From Alphaproteobacteria bacterium (GTDB lineage Bacteria > Pseudomonadota > Alphaproteobacteria > GCA-2746255), in contig OZ252220.1 in NCBI GenBank assembly GCA_965249135.1, forward strand, positions 384,001 to 448,000: DNA of 64,000 bases, written 5' to 3'. The notes under the pieces were generated by a model that had not been told where the DNA came from, did not search any database, and was given only the letters and a program-made list of their open reading frames with translations. Positions 50,222 through 62,257 of the stretch are shown in pieces. Made by a program: the position numbers and the translations under genes. The first letter of the stretch is position 1, and each line of letters opens with the position of its first letter.

Positions 50222-50818
50222 TCAGTTCTTCGGTGCCCTGGTGCCCTGATAGGTCCCTGGCCGGTCCGCCCCCGGAATGCCCCGGAGACCGCCGGAGCGG
50301 GATTTGGCATGCACGGTGATTTTCTTCGAAACCACGTAAGGCTTGAGAGGGACGCTGTTGTGATCGACCATCATGAGTTGCTCGGTGTGCTCGCCCACGG
50401 TCACCGTAATCTGCACATCCGCTTCCCCGGAAGTTCGGTTCACTATGTGAAGCACCATATTCTCCCCGTATAATTGGGAAGCACCAACTCCCGGCTTCGA
50501 CGGATCGCCATCGGTCAGGTTCGCCTGGTTTTTCCGATCGATAAAAGCCCCTTCTGGGACGGGCTGGCCGTGTGGCGGCAATTCATCGAGATCGACCAGA
50601 ACGACGACATGCCCACCGTCCTCATGCTCGACCCCTGCCTTGACACGCTTCATGTCCTTCACGCGCGCGATGACGGCGTGTGTGGGCCGTACAGTTTCCC
50701 CATCCTTCGGTGTGATGAAGGTTACCGATCCAATGGGTTCTGTTGGCTCGCATGCCGTGAGCGCCATGGCCGCCGCCAGCGACGCGACGGCAGCTAGGCT
50801 AGCCAGGCCCATTTTCAT
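50222..50818 (-). CDS. Divergent DUF4399-like lipoprotein
   Basis: Lipobox LTAC, VTFITPKDGETV, GGHVVVLVD, GEH..QL...DHN..P; ATG at 50818 with GGAG RBS. Confidence 0.65.
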   Translation of the reverse strand: MKMGLASLAAVASLAAAMALTACEPTEPIGSVTFITPKDGETVRPTHAVIARVKDMKRVKAGVEHEDGGHVVVLVDLDELPPHGQPVPEGAFIDRKNQANLTDGDPSKPGVGASQLYGENMVLHIVNRTSGEADVQITVTVGEHTEQLMMVDHNSVPLKPYVVSKKITVHAKSRSGGLRGIPGADRPGTYQGTRAPKN

Positions 50819-50896
50819 GGCTTCCTCCCTGATTGCATTCCGGTGTTCCCCCCGATCTATTGCCACTAAACTAGTAAATCCGTCAACCTTGGGCAA

Positions 50897-51748
50897 ATGG
50901 CAAAAATCGACCACCATACCTACTGCGAAGAGCAGGTCCGGCGCTTCGATCAAGACCGCTACCTTACTGCACTTTTCGCACCGGAGAAAGCAAGGCGAGG
51001 CCTTGCCGCCCTTTATGCCTTCAATCTGGAAATCGCCCGAATTCCGGAAGCCACGACGGAACCCCTGATCGGCGAGATCCGGCTTGAATGGTGGCGGGAG
51101 GCGATTGCCGGTGCCTATGCAGGAGCCCCCCGCCAGCATGCCATCGTTGCCTGCCTGGCCGAGGCCATCCATGCCCATGGCCTAACACGGGCCCATTTCG
51201 ACCGGCTGCTGGACGCGCGGTCGTTCGATCAGGAGCGCACGACCCCGGCCTCCCTCGAGGAACTAAAGGCCTATGCGGAGGCGACGTCTTCGGGCCTCGT
51301 TCGGCTCGCGCTCGAGATTCTGGGCGTGGGCGAAAACGAAGTCGCGGAGAAGGCGGCGCGCGGGATCGGTATCGCCTGGGCGTTGACCGGTCTGCTCAGG
51401 GCCGTTCCTTTTCATGGCCGCGCCGATCGCACCTACCTGCCGGGCGATCTCATGAAGGCGGCCGGGGTAAGCGTACGCCAACTTCAATCCGGAAAATCGA
51501 CGCCCGGCCTTGAGGGCATCGCGAAAACCCTTGCCGAGGAGGCGCACGCCAACCTTCGCATCGCCCGGCAGGGAAGGTCGGCGGTGCCGAAGGCGGCGGT
51601 GTCGGCCCTTCTGCTGGGGGCGCTGGCCGATGGCCACTTGCGCGTGCTTGCCAAGGCCGGTTACGACCTGTTCGACCCTAGGGTGCTGAAGCCGCAACCG
51701 TTTCGCGAGGCGCGGCTGTGGCTGCGGGCGCGGGCAGGGAATTACTGA
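50897..51748 (+). CDS. Phytoene/squalene synthase family protein (NDUFAF6-like)
   Basis: DQDRYL..LFAP, ALYAFNLE, IRLEWWRE. Confidence 0.88.
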   Translation: MAKIDHHTYCEEQVRRFDQDRYLTALFAPEKARRGLAALYAFNLEIARIPEATTEPLIGEIRLEWWREAIAGAYAGAPRQHAIVACLAEAIHAHGLTRAHFDRLLDARSFDQERTTPASLEELKAYAEATSSGLVRLALEILGVGENEVAEKAARGIGIAWALTGLLRAVPFHGRADRTYLPGDLMKAAGVSVRQLQSGKSTPGLEGIAKTLAEEAHANLRIARQGRSAVPKAAVSALLLGALADGHLRVLAKAGYDLFDPRVLKPQPFREARLWLRARAGNY

Positions 51749-51752
51749 ACGC

Positions 51753-53102
51753 CTATTCGGCGGCGGCAAGCGAAGGGGCAAGCCACGCCTCAATGTCGTG
51801 GAGCGCGCGCTCGCACATCGCCCCTTTGCGTTCTTTCCTGCCCATTTTGGTATCCCCCATTTTGGCACTCAAGGGCGGGAACAGTCCGAAATTCACGTTC
51901 ATCGGCTGGAAGGTGTCGGCGTCCGCACCACCGGTGATGTGGTTGAGCAAGGCGCCTAGGGCCGTCGTGGGCGGCGGCGGTGCGATCGGCGCCCCCTTGG
52001 CGGCGGCGGCCGCGAAGCGTCCGGCCAGGAGTCCGATGGCGGCGCTCTCGACGTAGCCTTCGACGCCGGTGATCTGGCCGGCAAAGCGTAAGTGCGGCGC
52101 CTGTTTGAGCCTTAAGCGCGCGTCCAGAAGTTTTGGGCTGTTCAGGAAGGTGTTCCGGTGCAGGCCGCCCAGACGGGCGAACTCGGCCGTCTCGAGCCCC
52201 GGGATCATGCGGAACAGGCGCGTCTGCTCGCCATGTTTCAGCTTCGTCTGAAAGCCGACCAGGTTGTAGAGCGTGCCGAGCGCGTTGTCCTGACGCAGCT
52301 GGACGACCGCGTAAGGCTTTTCCGGGTGGTGCGGGTTCGTAAGCCCGACCGGTTTTAGCGGCCCGAAACGAAGCGTATCAACGCCGCGCTCCGCCATCAC
52401 TTCGATCGGCAGGCAACCTTCGAAATAGGGCGTCGTTTTTTCCCAGTCGTGGAATTTGGTCTTCTCCGCGGCCAGCAGTTCGGCGGCGAAGGCCTGGTAA
52501 ACTACACGGTCGAGTGGGCAGTTGATGTAGTCTGCGCCATCCCCCTTGTCGTAGCGGGACTGGAACCAGGCCTTTTCGAAGTCGATGGTCTCCCGGTAGA
52601 CGATCGGCGCGATCGCATCGAAGAAGGCAAGGGCGTCCTCGCCGGTGAGATCTCGGATCGCTTCGGCGAGGGAGGCGGAGGTGAGGGGCCCCGTCGCCAC
52701 GATCACCGAGCCCCAGTCCTTGGGCGGTAGGCCCTTGACCTCGCCCCGGACGAGCGTGATGCGGGGGTCCTTTTCGATGGCCGCCGTCACCGCTCGGGCG
52801 AAGCCTTCCCGGTCGACGGCAAGGGCCGATCCGGCCGGCACCCGATGGCGATCGGCGAGCGCCAGGATCAGCGAGGCACAACGGCGCATCTCCGCATGCA
52901 GCAGGCCGACGGCGTTGGCGCTCGCATCGTCCGAGCGGAAGGAGTTCGAACAGACGAGTTCCGCCAGTTCCGCGGTTTGATGGGCCGCCGTCTCTTGCGC
53001 GGGGCGCATCTCGTGGAGCATGACTTCGATCCCGGCCTTGGCAAGCTGCCAGGCCGCTTCCGCCCCGGCCAAGCCACCGCCCACCACATGCACTTGTCTC
53101 AT
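51753..53102 (-). CDS. trmFO: tRNA m5U54 methyltransferase TrmFO
   Basis: [39 protein letters not shown]. Confidence 0.96.
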   Translation of the reverse strand: MRQVHVVGGGLAGAEAAWQLAKAGIEVMLHEMRPAQETAAHQTAELAELVCSNSFRSDDASANAVGLLHAEMRRCASLILALADRHRVPAGSALAVDREGFARAVTAAIEKDPRITLVRGEVKGLPPKDWGSVIVATGPLTSASLAEAIRDLTGEDALAFFDAIAPIVYRETIDFEKAWFQSRYDKGDGADYINCPLDRVVYQAFAAELLAAEKTKFHDWEKTTPYFEGCLPIEVMAERGVDTLRFGPLKPVGLTNPHHPEKPYAVVQLRQDNALGTLYNLVGFQTKLKHGEQTRLFRMIPGLETAEFARLGGLHRNTFLNSPKLLDARLRLKQAPHLRFAGQITGVEGYVESAAIGLLAGRFAAAAAKGAPIAPPPPTTALGALLNHITGGADADTFQPMNVNFGLFPPLSAKMGDTKMGRKERKGAMCERALHDIEAWLAPSLAAAE

Positions 53103-55975
53103 GCGCGCTTCCGCACCCGTTTCCGGGGGCGTTCCACCGCTTGCCTCGCCCGGCTGAGATAGGCCTTCAGGTATTGCCCGGTGTAGCTTTTCGAAACCTC
53201 CGTGACGGCTTCCGGCGTGCCCTCGGCGACGATCCGGCCGCCGCCGCCGCCGCCTTCCGGCCCCAGATCGACGATCCAGTCCGCCGTCTTGATGACCTCG
53301 AGATTGTGCTCGATGACGATGACGGTGTTGCCGCTGTCCACCAGGGCATGGAGGACCTCGAGAAGCTTGCGGATATCCTCGAAATGCAGGCCGGTCGTCG
53401 GCTCGTCGAGAATGTAGAGGGTGCGTCCCGTGGCCCGCCTGGAGAGCTCCTTCGAGAGCTTCACGCGCTGCGCCTCGCCGCCGGACAGCGTGGTCGCCGA
53501 CTGGCCCAGATGCATGTAGCCAAGGCCGACGCGTTTTAAGGTCTCCAGCTTGTCGCGGATCGCCGGCACGGCCTTGAAGAAATCGGCCGCTTCATCAATT
53601 GTCAGTTCAAGAACATCGGCTATCGATTTGTTTTTAAATTTAATTTCCAGCGTTTCCCGGTTGTAGCGCTGGCCCTTGCAGGTGTCGCAGCGGATGTAGA
53701 CGTCGGGCAGGAAATGCATCTCGATGCGGATGACCCCGTCGCCCTGGCAGGCCTCGCAGCGTCCGCCCTTCACGTTGAAGGAGAAACGCCCCGGTTTATA
53801 GCCGCGTGCAGCGGATTCAGGCAGATTCGCGAACCACTCCCGAATCGGCCCGAAGGCGCCGGTATAGGTCGCCGGATTCGATCGGGGCGTGCGCCCGATC
53901 GGGGATTGGTTGATGTCGATGATCTTGTCCAGGAACTCTAGCCCTTCGATCCGCTCGTGATTGCCGGGATGTTCCCGGGCACCGCCCAGGCGGCGGGCGA
54001 TCGCCTTGTAGAGGGTTTCGATCAGAAGCGTCGACTTGCCGCCACCGGAAACCCCGGTCACGCAGATGAAGGTGCCGAGCGGGAAGTGGGCGGTGATTTC
54101 CTTCAAATTGTGGGCGCGGGCGCCGACCACGGTGATGGTCTGGCCGTTGCGCCCGTCCCGCCGCACCTTCGGCAGGGGAATCTGGCGTTTGCCGGTCACG
54201 TATTGAGCGGTGAGGCTTGCCGGATTGGCAAACACCTTCTCCGGCAGTCCGACCGCCACGACGTGCCCGCCATGCACGCCGGCGCCAGGCCCCAGATCGA
54301 CCAGGTAATCCGCATTGCGGATCGCTTCCTCGTCATGTTCGACGACGATCACCGTATTGCCGGTGTCGCGGAGCCGTTTCAGGGTCTCCAGCAGGCGCGC
54401 ATTGTCGCGCTGGTGCAGCCCGATCGAGGGCTCGTCCAGCACATAGAGCACGCCGGTAAGGCCGGAGCCGATCTGCGAGGCGAGCCTTATCCGCTGGCCT
54501 TCTCCGCCGGAAAGGGTGGCCGAGGCGCGCGAAAGCGTCAGGTATTCGAGCCCCACATTGACGAGAAAGCCGAGGCGCGCCGTGATTTCCTTGAGGATCC
54601 GCGCGGCGATTTCCTGTTTTTGTTTCGGCAATGCCGAACCGAGCTCCGTGAACCAGCGATTCGCCTCGAGGATCGACATTTCCGTCACTTCGCCGATGTG
54701 CCGCGCTTCGATCTTGACGGCCAGCGTCTCCGGCTTCAGCCGATAGCCCCCGCAGTCCTCGCAGGGCCGTGCACTTTGGTAGCGCGAGAGTTCTTCCCGA
54801 AGCCATCCATCGTCGGTTTCGTGGTAACGCCGCTCGGTGTTCGGCACGACGCCTTCGAAGGGCTTTCGCGTCTTGTAGGTCTGGAAGCCGTCGTCATAGG
54901 CCGTCGTGACGGCCTCATCGCCGCTGCCGAACAGCAGGATCTCCCGGATGCGCTTCGGAAGCTCCTCGAAGGGCGCGTTCAGGCTGAACTTGTATTTCTT
55001 GGCCAGGCTGGCAAGCGTCTGGTTGTAGTACTGGGAGGAAGCGCTTGCCCAAGGGACAATGGCGCCTTCGCGCAGGCTTTTCGCCTCGTCCGGTACGATG
55101 AGCAGGGGGTCGAAATAGAGGCTGTCGCCCAGACCATCGCAGGCCGGGCAGGCGCCGAAGGGGTTGTTGAAGGAAAAAAGCCGGGGCTCGATCTCCTCGA
55201 TCGTGAAACCGGAGACGGGGCAGGCAAACTTGGCGGAGAAGATCGTCGTTTCCTTTGACTTCTTGTCTTCGACGAATAAAAGCCCGTCCGAAAGCTCAAG
55301 CGCCATCTCGATACTGTCGGCAAGCCGCGTCTCGATTCCCTTGCGCAGGATGAGGCGGTCGACAACGACGGAGATGTCGTGCTTCCGCTTCTTGTCGAAT
55401 GTCGGTACCTCGTCGATTTCGTAGAACTTGCCGTCGACCTTCAGCCGTTGGAAGCCGCGCTTCTGAAGATCCGCGATCTCTTTGCGGTATTCCCCTTTGC
55501 GTCCACGAACGATGGGGGCGAGCAGGTAGATCCGGTTTTCCTTCGGCATCTCCAGGATGCGGTCCACCATCTGGGAGACCGTCTGGCTTTCGATGGGAAG
55601 GCCGGTCGCCGGCGAATAGGGCACGCCGACGCGCGCATAAAGCAGCCTGAGGTAGTCGTAAACTTCCGTGACGGTGCCGACGGTGGAACGGGGATTGCGG
55701 GAGGCGGCCTTCTGTTCGATGGAAATCGCCGGCGACAGGCCCTCGATCGTGTCGACGTCCGGTTTCTGCATCAGCTCGAGGAACTGGCGCGCATAGGCAG
55801 ACAGGGACTCGACGTAGCGGCGCTGTCCCTCGGCGTAGATCGTATCGAAGGCAAGCGAGGACTTCCCGGACCCGGAAAGGCCGGTGACGACGATCAGCCG
55901 GTCGCGCGGCAGATCGAGATCGATGTTCTGCAGATTGTGTTCCCGCGCGCCGCGGATGACGATTTCCGACACCAT
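53099..55975 (-). CDS. uvrA: Excinuclease ABC subunit A
   Basis: [16 protein letters not shown], Zn fingers, two LSGGE signatures; ATG at 55975. Confidence 0.97.
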   Translation of the reverse strand: MVSEIVIRGAREHNLQNIDLDLPRDRLIVVTGLSGSGKSSLAFDTIYAEGQRRYVESLSAYARQFLELMQKPDVDTIEGLSPAISIEQKAASRNPRSTVGTVTEVYDYLRLLYARVGVPYSPATGLPIESQTVSQMVDRILEMPKENRIYLLAPIVRGRKGEYRKEIADLQKRGFQRLKVDGKFYEIDEVPTFDKKRKHDISVVVDRLILRKGIETRLADSIEMALELSDGLLFVEDKKSKETTIFSAKFACPVSGFTIEEIEPRLFSFNNPFGACPACDGLGDSLYFDPLLIVPDEAKSLREGAIVPWASASSQYYNQTLASLAKKYKFSLNAPFEELPKRIREILLFGSGDEAVTTAYDDGFQTYKTRKPFEGVVPNTERRYHETDDGWLREELSRYQSARPCEDCGGYRLKPETLAVKIEARHIGEVTEMSILEANRWFTELGSALPKQKQEIAARILKEITARLGFLVNVGLEYLTLSRASATLSGGEGQRIRLASQIGSGLTGVLYVLDEPSIGLHQRDNARLLETLKRLRDTGNTVIVVEHDEEAIRNADYLVDLGPGAGVHGGHVVAVGLPEKVFANPASLTAQYVTGKRQIPLPKVRRDGRNGQTITVVGARAHNLKEITAHFPLGTFICVTGVSGGGKSTLLIETLYKAIARRLGGAREHPGNHERIEGLEFLDKIIDINQSPIGRTPRSNPATYTGAFGPIREWFANLPESAARGYKPGRFSFNVKGGRCEACQGDGVIRIEMHFLPDVYIRCDTCKGQRYNRETLEIKFKNKSIADVLELTIDEAADFFKAVPAIRDKLETLKRVGLGYMHLGQSATTLSGGEAQRVKLSKELSRRATGRTLYILDEPTTGLHFEDIRKLLEVLHALVDSGNTVIVIEHNLEVIKTADWIVDLGPEGGGGGGRIVAEGTPEAVTEVSKSYTGQYLKAYLSRARQAVERPRKRVRKRA

Positions 55976-56153
55976 AGCGGGGGTGCTGCCTCGCTCATTC
56001 GAGAGGGATTTTCCACGGAATATAAGGATTGTGAGGCCATCTTGCGACTCCCAAACTGGGGTACTGGCTGAACCCATTGCGGGCCGCGACGGAAGCCCGT
56101 ATTTTCGACGAAAGGCCGGATGAAGAACGGTCGCTTTGGAGGGAGGATGAGAC

Positions 56154-56618
56154 ATGGCAGGCAGCGTCAACAAGGTGATTCTGATCGGCAATCTGGGGCG
56201 CGACCCAGAGGTGCGCACGACCCAGGACGGGTACCCCATCGTTCATCTTTCCGTCGCCACCTCGGATTCCTGGAAGGACAAGTCGACCGGCGAACGCCGG
56301 GAGCGGACGGAATGGCATCGGGTCGTCATCTTTAACGAGAAGCTTGGCGAGATCGCCCAGAAATACCTGCGGAAGGGCGCGAAGGTCTTCCTGGAAGGCC
56401 AGCTGCAGACCCGCAAATGGACGGGCAAGGACGGCAACGAGCGCTACACGACCGAAGTCGTGCTGACGCGCTATCGTGGCGAGCTTACGATGCTGGACTC
56501 CCGCGGCGGCGGTGAAGGCGCGCCGGCGCTAGAGGCGGTAGGGGCCGAAGCGGGGGGTGCGGCATCCTCCGGCGGTGCTTCCCAGGGCACCGAATTCGAC
56601 GACGAAATTCCTTTCTAG
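56154..56618 (+). CDS. ssb: Single-stranded DNA-binding protein
   Basis: [27 protein letters not shown]. Confidence 0.97.
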   Translation: MAGSVNKVILIGNLGRDPEVRTTQDGYPIVHLSVATSDSWKDKSTGERRERTEWHRVVIFNEKLGEIAQKYLRKGAKVFLEGQLQTRKWTGKDGNERYTTEVVLTRYRGELTMLDSRGGGEGAPALEAVGAEAGGAASSGGASQGTEFDDEIPF

Positions 56619-56745
56619 CCGCGCATTTTTAAAGCCCTTTTTCCGCCGCCGGTTGGTAGACCGGGGGGCCTGAAATCTGCTATAATTCGGCCTCGAAACG
56701 CACTCGCGAATACGGCTGTAACCAATTGAAAAGGCTGGTTTTTTA

Positions 56746-59484
56746 GTGACGCCTCCGGAACAGGCTCCACTCGATATCGAGTCCGTCGCCATCGAAGAGG
56801 AGATGAAGCGCTCCTACCTCGATTACGCGATGAGCGTGATCGTCTCGCGCGCCATTCCGGACGTGCGCGATGGCCTGAAACCGGTTCACCGGCGCATCTT
56901 TTTTGCGATGAAGGAGGCCGGCTACGATTGGAACCGGCCGTACCGTAAATCCGCCCGCGTGGTCGGCGACGTGATGGGCAAGTACCACCCGCACGGCGAT
57001 GCGGCGATCTACGACGCGATGGTGCGGATGGCCCAGGACTTCTCCATGCGCCTGCCACTCCTGGATGGGCAGGGGAATTTCGGCTCGATGGACGGCGATC
57101 CGCCGGCCGCGATGCGCTATACGGAAATCCGCCTCGGCCAGCCTGCCCACACGATGCTGGAGGACATCGACAAAAAGACGGTCGATTTCCAGCCAAACTA
57201 CGACGATTCAAGCTTTGAACCCATCGTGTTGCCGGCCTGCTTCCCCAATCTTCTGGTGAACGGAGCCGGCGGCATCGCCGTCGGCATGGCGACGAATATT
57301 CCGCCCCACAATCTGGGCGAGGTGATCGACGCGGCGTGCGCGATGATCGACGATCCGACCATTTCGATCGAGGAATTGATGGAAATCGTGCCCAGCCCGG
57401 ATTTTCCGACCAGCGGCACGATCCTGGGCAGGACCGGCGTGCGTTCGGCTTACAACACGGGCCGGGGGTCCATCGTCATTCGCGGACGCACCGCGATCGA
57501 GGAAATCGGCAAGAACCGCGAAGCGATCATCGTGACGGAAATCCCCTTTCAGGTGAACAAGGCGCGGATGGTCGAGCGCATCGCCGAGATGGCGCGCAAC
57601 AAGCAGATCGAAGGCATCTCGGACCTTCGGGACGAATCGGACCGCCATGGCGTGCGCGTCGTCGTCGAATTGCGCCGCGATGCCCAGGCCGAGGTCGTGC
57701 TGAACCAGCTTTTCCGCTTCACGCCGCTGCAGACGACCTTCGGCGTCAACATGCTGGCGCTGAACGAAGGCCGACCCGAGCTGATGAGCCTGAAGCAGGT
57801 GTTCGAGGCCTTCCTCCTTTTCCGCGAGGAGGTGATCACCCGGCGCACGATCTTTGAGCTCGGCAAGGTACGCTCGCGCGCCCATCTTCTCGTCGGCCTG
57901 GCCATCGCGGTGGCCAATCTCGATCCCCTCATCGCGCTGATCCGCAAGGCGAAGGACCCGAACGTCGCCCGCGAACAACTGATGAAGCGGGCCTGGATGG
58001 TGAAGGGGGTCGAGCAGGTCATCAAGCTGATCGACGAACCGGGGCGCGCCGTTAAGGAAGGCAAATACAAGCTTTCGGAAGAACAAGCCAAAGCCATTCT
58101 CGAACTCAGGCTGCAACGCTTGACCGGGCTCGAGCGGGACAAGATTGCGCAAGAACTGAAAGAGCTCGTCAAGCAGATCGCCGGCTATCTCAATGTGCTG
58201 CGCGCGCGCGGGAAACTGCTGAAAATCCTGCGCGATGAATTGCAGGAAATGAAGAAGCGCTTCGGGACGCCAAGGCGAACGACGATCGAAGAGGGCGAGT
58301 TCGAGCAGGACATCGAGGATTTGATCCCCCGCGAAGAGATGGTCGTCACGGTAAGCCACAACGGCTACGTGAAGCGCGTGCCTTTAAGCACCTACCGGGC
58401 CCAGCGCCGCGGCGGCAAAGGCCGGGCCGGGATGTCGACCCGGGAGGAGGATTTCGTCACCCAGGTCTTCGTCGTGAACACCCACACGTCGGTCCTTTTC
58501 TTCTCTTCGACCGGCAAGGTTTACAAGCTGAAGGTCTACAAGCTTCCCTTGGGCTCGCCCCAGTCGCTCGGCAAGGCGATGGTGAACCTGCTGCCGCTGG
58601 CGCAAGACGAGACGATTTCGACTCTCATGCCGCTGCCGGAGGACGAAGCGGACGTGGAGAGTCTCACCGTCATGTTTGCGACCAAAGGGGGCAATGTGCG
58701 CCGCAACCGGCTTTCGGATTTCGTTCACGTCATGGCGAACGGCAAGATCGCCATGAAGCTGGGGAAACGCGACCAATTGGTGAGCGTGCGAATCTGCAAG
58801 GACGACGACGACGTTCTGCTTTCCGCCCGATCGGGAAAATGCATCCGTTTCCCAATCACCGGCGTGCGGATCTTCACCGGACGGGCGTCGCTGGGCGTGC
58901 GCGGCATCCGGCTTAACAAGCAAGACCGGGTCATCGACATGTCGACCCTTCGCCACACCGACGTCGAGACGGCGATACGGGACGAATACTTGCGGGTGGC
59001 AAGCTTCCGCCGTCGCGTGGCGAATGAGGCGAACGGCGAGACGAATGGCGAGACGGCGGCACCCGAGCCCTCGGATCCGGATCTCCATGCGCGGATGGCC
59101 AAGGCGGAGGAGTTTCTCCTCTCCGTCACGGAAAACGGCTTTGGCAAGCGAAGTTCGGCCTATGACTACCGGATCACCTCGCGCGGCGGGGTCGGCATCG
59201 TCGGCATCGACACCTCGAAACGCAATGGGCCTGTCGTCGCCACCTTCCGGGTGAAGGATCGGGACCAGATCCTGCTGGTGACGGACAACGGCAAACTCAT
59301 CCGCTGCCCGGTGAACGACATTCGGATCGCCGGCCGGGCCACCCAGGGGGTGACGCTTTTCAAGGTGGCGAAGGGCGAGCACGTCGTCTCCGTCACCCGG
59401 CTCGGCGAGGAGGAAGGCGCGGTCGCCGACGGCGAGAATCCCGACGTCGAGGAAATGCTGCCACCGGAAGAAGGGGCGGCCTGA
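56746..59484 (+). CDS. gyrA: DNA gyrase subunit A
   Basis: [13 protein letters not shown], GyrA box QRRGGKG. Confidence 0.97.
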   Translation: MTPPEQAPLDIESVAIEEEMKRSYLDYAMSVIVSRAIPDVRDGLKPVHRRIFFAMKEAGYDWNRPYRKSARVVGDVMGKYHPHGDAAIYDAMVRMAQDFSMRLPLLDGQGNFGSMDGDPPAAMRYTEIRLGQPAHTMLEDIDKKTVDFQPNYDDSSFEPIVLPACFPNLLVNGAGGIAVGMATNIPPHNLGEVIDAACAMIDDPTISIEELMEIVPSPDFPTSGTILGRTGVRSAYNTGRGSIVIRGRTAIEEIGKNREAIIVTEIPFQVNKARMVERIAEMARNKQIEGISDLRDESDRHGVRVVVELRRDAQAEVVLNQLFRFTPLQTTFGVNMLALNEGRPELMSLKQVFEAFLLFREEVITRRTIFELGKVRSRAHLLVGLAIAVANLDPLIALIRKAKDPNVAREQLMKRAWMVKGVEQVIKLIDEPGRAVKEGKYKLSEEQAKAILELRLQRLTGLERDKIAQELKELVKQIAGYLNVLRARGKLLKILRDELQEMKKRFGTPRRTTIEEGEFEQDIEDLIPREEMVVTVSHNGYVKRVPLSTYRAQRRGGKGRAGMSTREEDFVTQVFVVNTHTSVLFFSSTGKVYKLKVYKLPLGSPQSLGKAMVNLLPLAQDETISTLMPLPEDEADVESLTVMFATKGGNVRRNRLSDFVHVMANGKIAMKLGKRDQLVSVRICKDDDDVLLSARSGKCIRFPITGVRIFTGRASLGVRGIRLNKQDRVIDMSTLRHTDVETAIRDEYLRVASFRRRVANEANGETNGETAAPEPSDPDLHARMAKAEEFLLSVTENGFGKRSSAYDYRITSRGGVGIVGIDTSKRNGPVVATFRVKDRDQILLVTDNGKLIRCPVNDIRIAGRATQGVTLFKVAKGEHVVSVTRLGEEEGAVADGENPDVEEMLPPEEGAA

Positions 59485-60023
59485 TGGGGAAGAACCGCAT
59501 CGGCATCTATCCGGGCACCTTCGACCCGATCACGAACGGGCATATCGACATCATCGGCCGTGCCACGAAGTTCCTGGACAAAGTCATCGTCGGTGTCGCC
59601 GAGAACGCCGGCAAGGACCCGATGTTCGAATTGGCCGTACGCGTCCATATGGTCGAGGAAGAGGTCAAAGCGCTTAATCGCGACGGCATCCGCATCCGGG
59701 TGAAGGCGTTCAGCAACCTACTCATGGACTTCGCGATCGAGAACAAGGCCTCCGTGATCCTGCGAGGTTTGCGCGCCGTTTCCGATTTCGAGTATGAGTT
59801 CCAGATGGCCGGCATGAATGCGCACCTTCACCCGCAAATCGAGACGGTCTTCCTGATGGCCTCGGAGCGCCACCAGTTCATCTCGTCGCGCTTCGTGAAG
59901 GAGGTGGGCCGCCTCGGCGGCGATGTAAGCGAATTCGTCTCGCCCCACGTACTTGCCCATATGCGGGTTCGTTTCGAGAATGGGGATCCGAAAAAGCTCA
60001 TCCAGACCTTTGAGGAAAACTGA
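59484..60023 (+). CDS. coaD: Phosphopantetheine adenylyltransferase
   Basis: YPGTFDPITNGH, RGLRAVSDFEYE. Confidence 0.96.
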   Translation: MGKNRIGIYPGTFDPITNGHIDIIGRATKFLDKVIVGVAENAGKDPMFELAVRVHMVEEEVKALNRDGIRIRVKAFSNLLMDFAIENKASVILRGLRAVSDFEYEFQMAGMNAHLHPQIETVFLMASERHQFISSRFVKEVGRLGGDVSEFVSPHVLAHMRVRFENGDPKKLIQTFEEN

Positions 60024-60042
60024 CAACAGCTTGAGAAATCTC

Positions 60043-60594
60043 ATGAAAATATGGACATTCCCGGCCCTGATTCTTGGCCTGTTCGGGCTGACGACACCTT
60101 CCGAAGCCGCCGACTTTGAGAACACGCTCTATCTCGACCTTGTGGGCGGCCGGGTGGTCATCGAATTGCGCCCGGATCTCGCCCCCAACCACGTCGCCCG
60201 GATCAAGGAGCTGGTGCGCGAAGGTTTCTACGATGGGCTGGTCTTTCACCGGGTGATCGTCGGCTTCATGGCCCAGACCGGCGATCCGCAAGGCAACGGG
60301 ACCGGCGGGTCCGGCAAGAACTTAAAGGCGGAATTCTCGGACGAGCCCCATGTGCGGGGCACCCTTTCCATGGCCCGGGCCCAGGACCCGGACAGCGCCG
60401 ACAGCCAGTTCTTCATCGTATTTGCGCCGGCCCCGTTCCTCGATGGCCAATACACGGTGTGGGGGAAGGTCACCTCCGGCATCGAAGCCGTGGACCAGAT
60501 CAAGAAGGGAAATTCCCAGGCCAACGGCAAGGTTACGGACCCGGACAGGATCTTACGCTTCCAGGTCGCGGCCGACGTCGAAACCGGGAAATAG
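60043..60594 (+). CDS. Cyclophilin-type peptidyl-prolyl isomerase (exported)
   Basis: Signal peptide, FHRVI.GFMAQTGDP, SMAR, SQFFI, YTVWG. Confidence 0.93.
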   Translation: MKIWTFPALILGLFGLTTPSEAADFENTLYLDLVGGRVVIELRPDLAPNHVARIKELVREGFYDGLVFHRVIVGFMAQTGDPQGNGTGGSGKNLKAEFSDEPHVRGTLSMARAQDPDSADSQFFIVFAPAPFLDGQYTVWGKVTSGIEAVDQIKKGNSQANGKVTDPDRILRFQVAADVETGK

Positions 60595-60640
60595 CTGGAA
60601 ACCTTCATGCCTTTGGGGGTAGGGGTGGGGCTCCTTGGAT

Positions 60641-60716
60641 GGGCCCGTAGCTCAGTTGGCAGAGCATCTGACTTTTAATCAGAGGGTCACAGGTTCGAAT
60701 CCTGTCGGGCTCACCA
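60641..60716 (+). tRNA. tRNA-Lys(TTT)
   Basis: GGGCCCGTAGCTCAGTTGGCAGAGC...CTTTTAA...GGTTCGAATCC...CACCA, 76 nt. Confidence 0.96.
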
Positions 60717-60740
60717 TTTAAACAGGCACGCGAACAACTT

Positions 60741-61226
60741 ATGCCTTCCTTCGATATCGTTTCCCGTACCGACTTGGCCGAAGTCGACAACGCCGTGCAG
60801 GGCGCATCGCGCGAGATCGCGACGCGCTACGACTTCAAGGGCAGCAAATGCTCGATCGAGCGGGCCGAGAACACGCTCACCATCAAGGCGGACGACGATT
60901 TCAAGCTGAAGCAGGTGCAGGAACTGTTGCGCGTCTATCTGGCCCGGCGCAAGGTGGACGCCGGCGCGTTTGATTTTGGAAAACCCGAGAAGGCCACCGG
61001 CAATTCACTGCGCCAGACGGTGACCATCAAGCAGGGCATCGAGCGCGAGCTTACCCAGCAGATCGTAAAGGCGATCAAGGGATCGAAGCTGAAGGTGCAG
61101 GCCGCCATCCAGGGCGACGCGATGCGCATCTCCGGAAAAAAGCGGGACAATCTGCAAGACGTGATCGCGCTGGTCAAAGCGCTAAAGATCACCCAGCCCC
61201 TTCAATACGTGAACTTCCGGGACTAA
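60741..61226 (+). CDS. yajQ: YajQ-family nucleotide/c-di-GMP-binding protein
   Basis: MPSFDIVS, RYDFKG, GKKRD.LQ, NFRD end. Confidence 0.95.
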   Translation: MPSFDIVSRTDLAEVDNAVQGASREIATRYDFKGSKCSIERAENTLTIKADDDFKLKQVQELLRVYLARRKVDAGAFDFGKPEKATGNSLRQTVTIKQGIERELTQQIVKAIKGSKLKVQAAIQGDAMRISGKKRDNLQDVIALVKALKITQPLQYVNFRD

Positions 61227-61232
61227 CTTAAC

Positions 61233-61529
61233 TCACGCCCCCTCGACGCCGACGCGCCGGCCCGCTTCTTGGAATTCTTCACGCTTGAAGGCGGGTACGG
61301 TCACGATGTGGCCGTAATTGTTCATCCGGTACCAGATCGAAAAGGCCAGCATCGCCTGGGCGTCCTTCGCCTCGACGAAGCCGACGAAGTCGTAGGGCCC
61401 CTGGACGTAGTTCGAGTATTCCATCGTGATGCCGAGCTTCTGGAACTGCTCGTAGACGATCTCCGTCCGGGTGAGCTGCTTGCCGATCCATTTCGGGTGG
61501 TGCTTGCCCAGCATGATGTATCTTGGCAT
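61233..61529 (-). CDS. GYD-domain protein (paralog 3)
   Basis: MPRY, LGI......QGPYDFV..VEA, T.PAF. Confidence 0.8.
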   Translation of the reverse strand: MPRYIMLGKHHPKWIGKQLTRTEIVYEQFQKLGITMEYSNYVQGPYDFVGFVEAKDAQAMLAFSIWYRMNNYGHIVTVPAFKREEFQEAGRRVGVEGA

Positions 61530-61543
61530 GGCCTCGCTCCTCT

Positions 61544-61849
61544 TTAGGCTTCTTCGTCCTTGGTGACGCCGATGCGTTTTCCGACCGCCTCGAATGCGGG
61601 CCGTTGAAAGACCGACATCGTCGTCATCTCGCCATAGCCTTCCGTCCGGTACCAGATCGAAAACGCCAGCATCGATTCGCCGTCCGGCGCATCGACGACG
61701 TCGATGAAGTCGTAGATGCCTTGGGTGTAGTTCGAGGATTTGATCTCAAGGCCGAGGTCTTTCACTTTCGCCGCGACCTTGTCCGTGCGTTCCGGCTGGC
61801 GGCCCATCCATGCTTCGTTGTGTTTGCCCATGATGACGTAGCGGGGCAT
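61544..61849 (-). CDS. GYD-domain protein (paralog 2)
   Basis: MPRY, YTQGIYDFIDVVDAPD. Confidence 0.8.
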   Translation of the reverse strand: MPRYVIMGKHNEAWMGRQPERTDKVAAKVKDLGLEIKSSNYTQGIYDFIDVVDAPDGESMLAFSIWYRTEGYGEMTTMSVFQRPAFEAVGKRIGVTKDEEA

Positions 61850-61882
61850 CGTTTTCCTCCCTTCGTTGCGCGCCTTTCCCGG

Positions 61883-62164
61883 TCAACCGATTCGTTTTGC
61901 AGCGCTCTCCAAGGTGGCTTCGTCGAAGGCCGGCATCGTGCTGATCCGGCCGAAGCCCTGCTTCGTGTACCAGAGCGAAAAGGCTAAGATTGCCTCGGCG
62001 TTCGGCGCCTCGACGACGTCGACGAAGTCGAACGCCCCTTGGGTGTAGTAGACGGACTCAAGCGTGATGCCGAGCTTTTCGAGCTCGGCACGCGCCGTTT
62101 TCGTCCGCTCCGCCTGGCACGTCACCCAATCCGGACCCAATTGTCCCAAGAGTACGTATTTCAT
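61883..62164 (-). CDS. GYD-domain protein (paralog 1)
   Basis: LGITLESVYYTQGAFDFVDVVEAP, TMPAF. Confidence 0.8.
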   Translation of the reverse strand: MKYVLLGQLGPDWVTCQAERTKTARAELEKLGITLESVYYTQGAFDFVDVVEAPNAEAILAFSLWYTKQGFGRISTMPAFDEATLESAAKRIG

Positions 62165-62257
62165 GAGTTCTCTCCCTGAATTTTGTGTCTCACCCTTGTT
62201 GCCTGCATAAATTTTGGCTTGGGGGAGTTTCGATTTCGAAAACCGTGCGCCTCATCC

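Noticed and set aside
55976-56153. Alphaproteobacterial LexA box (GTTC-N7-GTTC) between uvrA and ssb
   Set aside because: No convincing match found by eye
55976-56239. 87-aa N-terminal extension of UvrA in the ORF track
   Set aside because: It overlaps the divergent ssb gene and promoter region; homology starts at [15 protein letters not shown] (55975)
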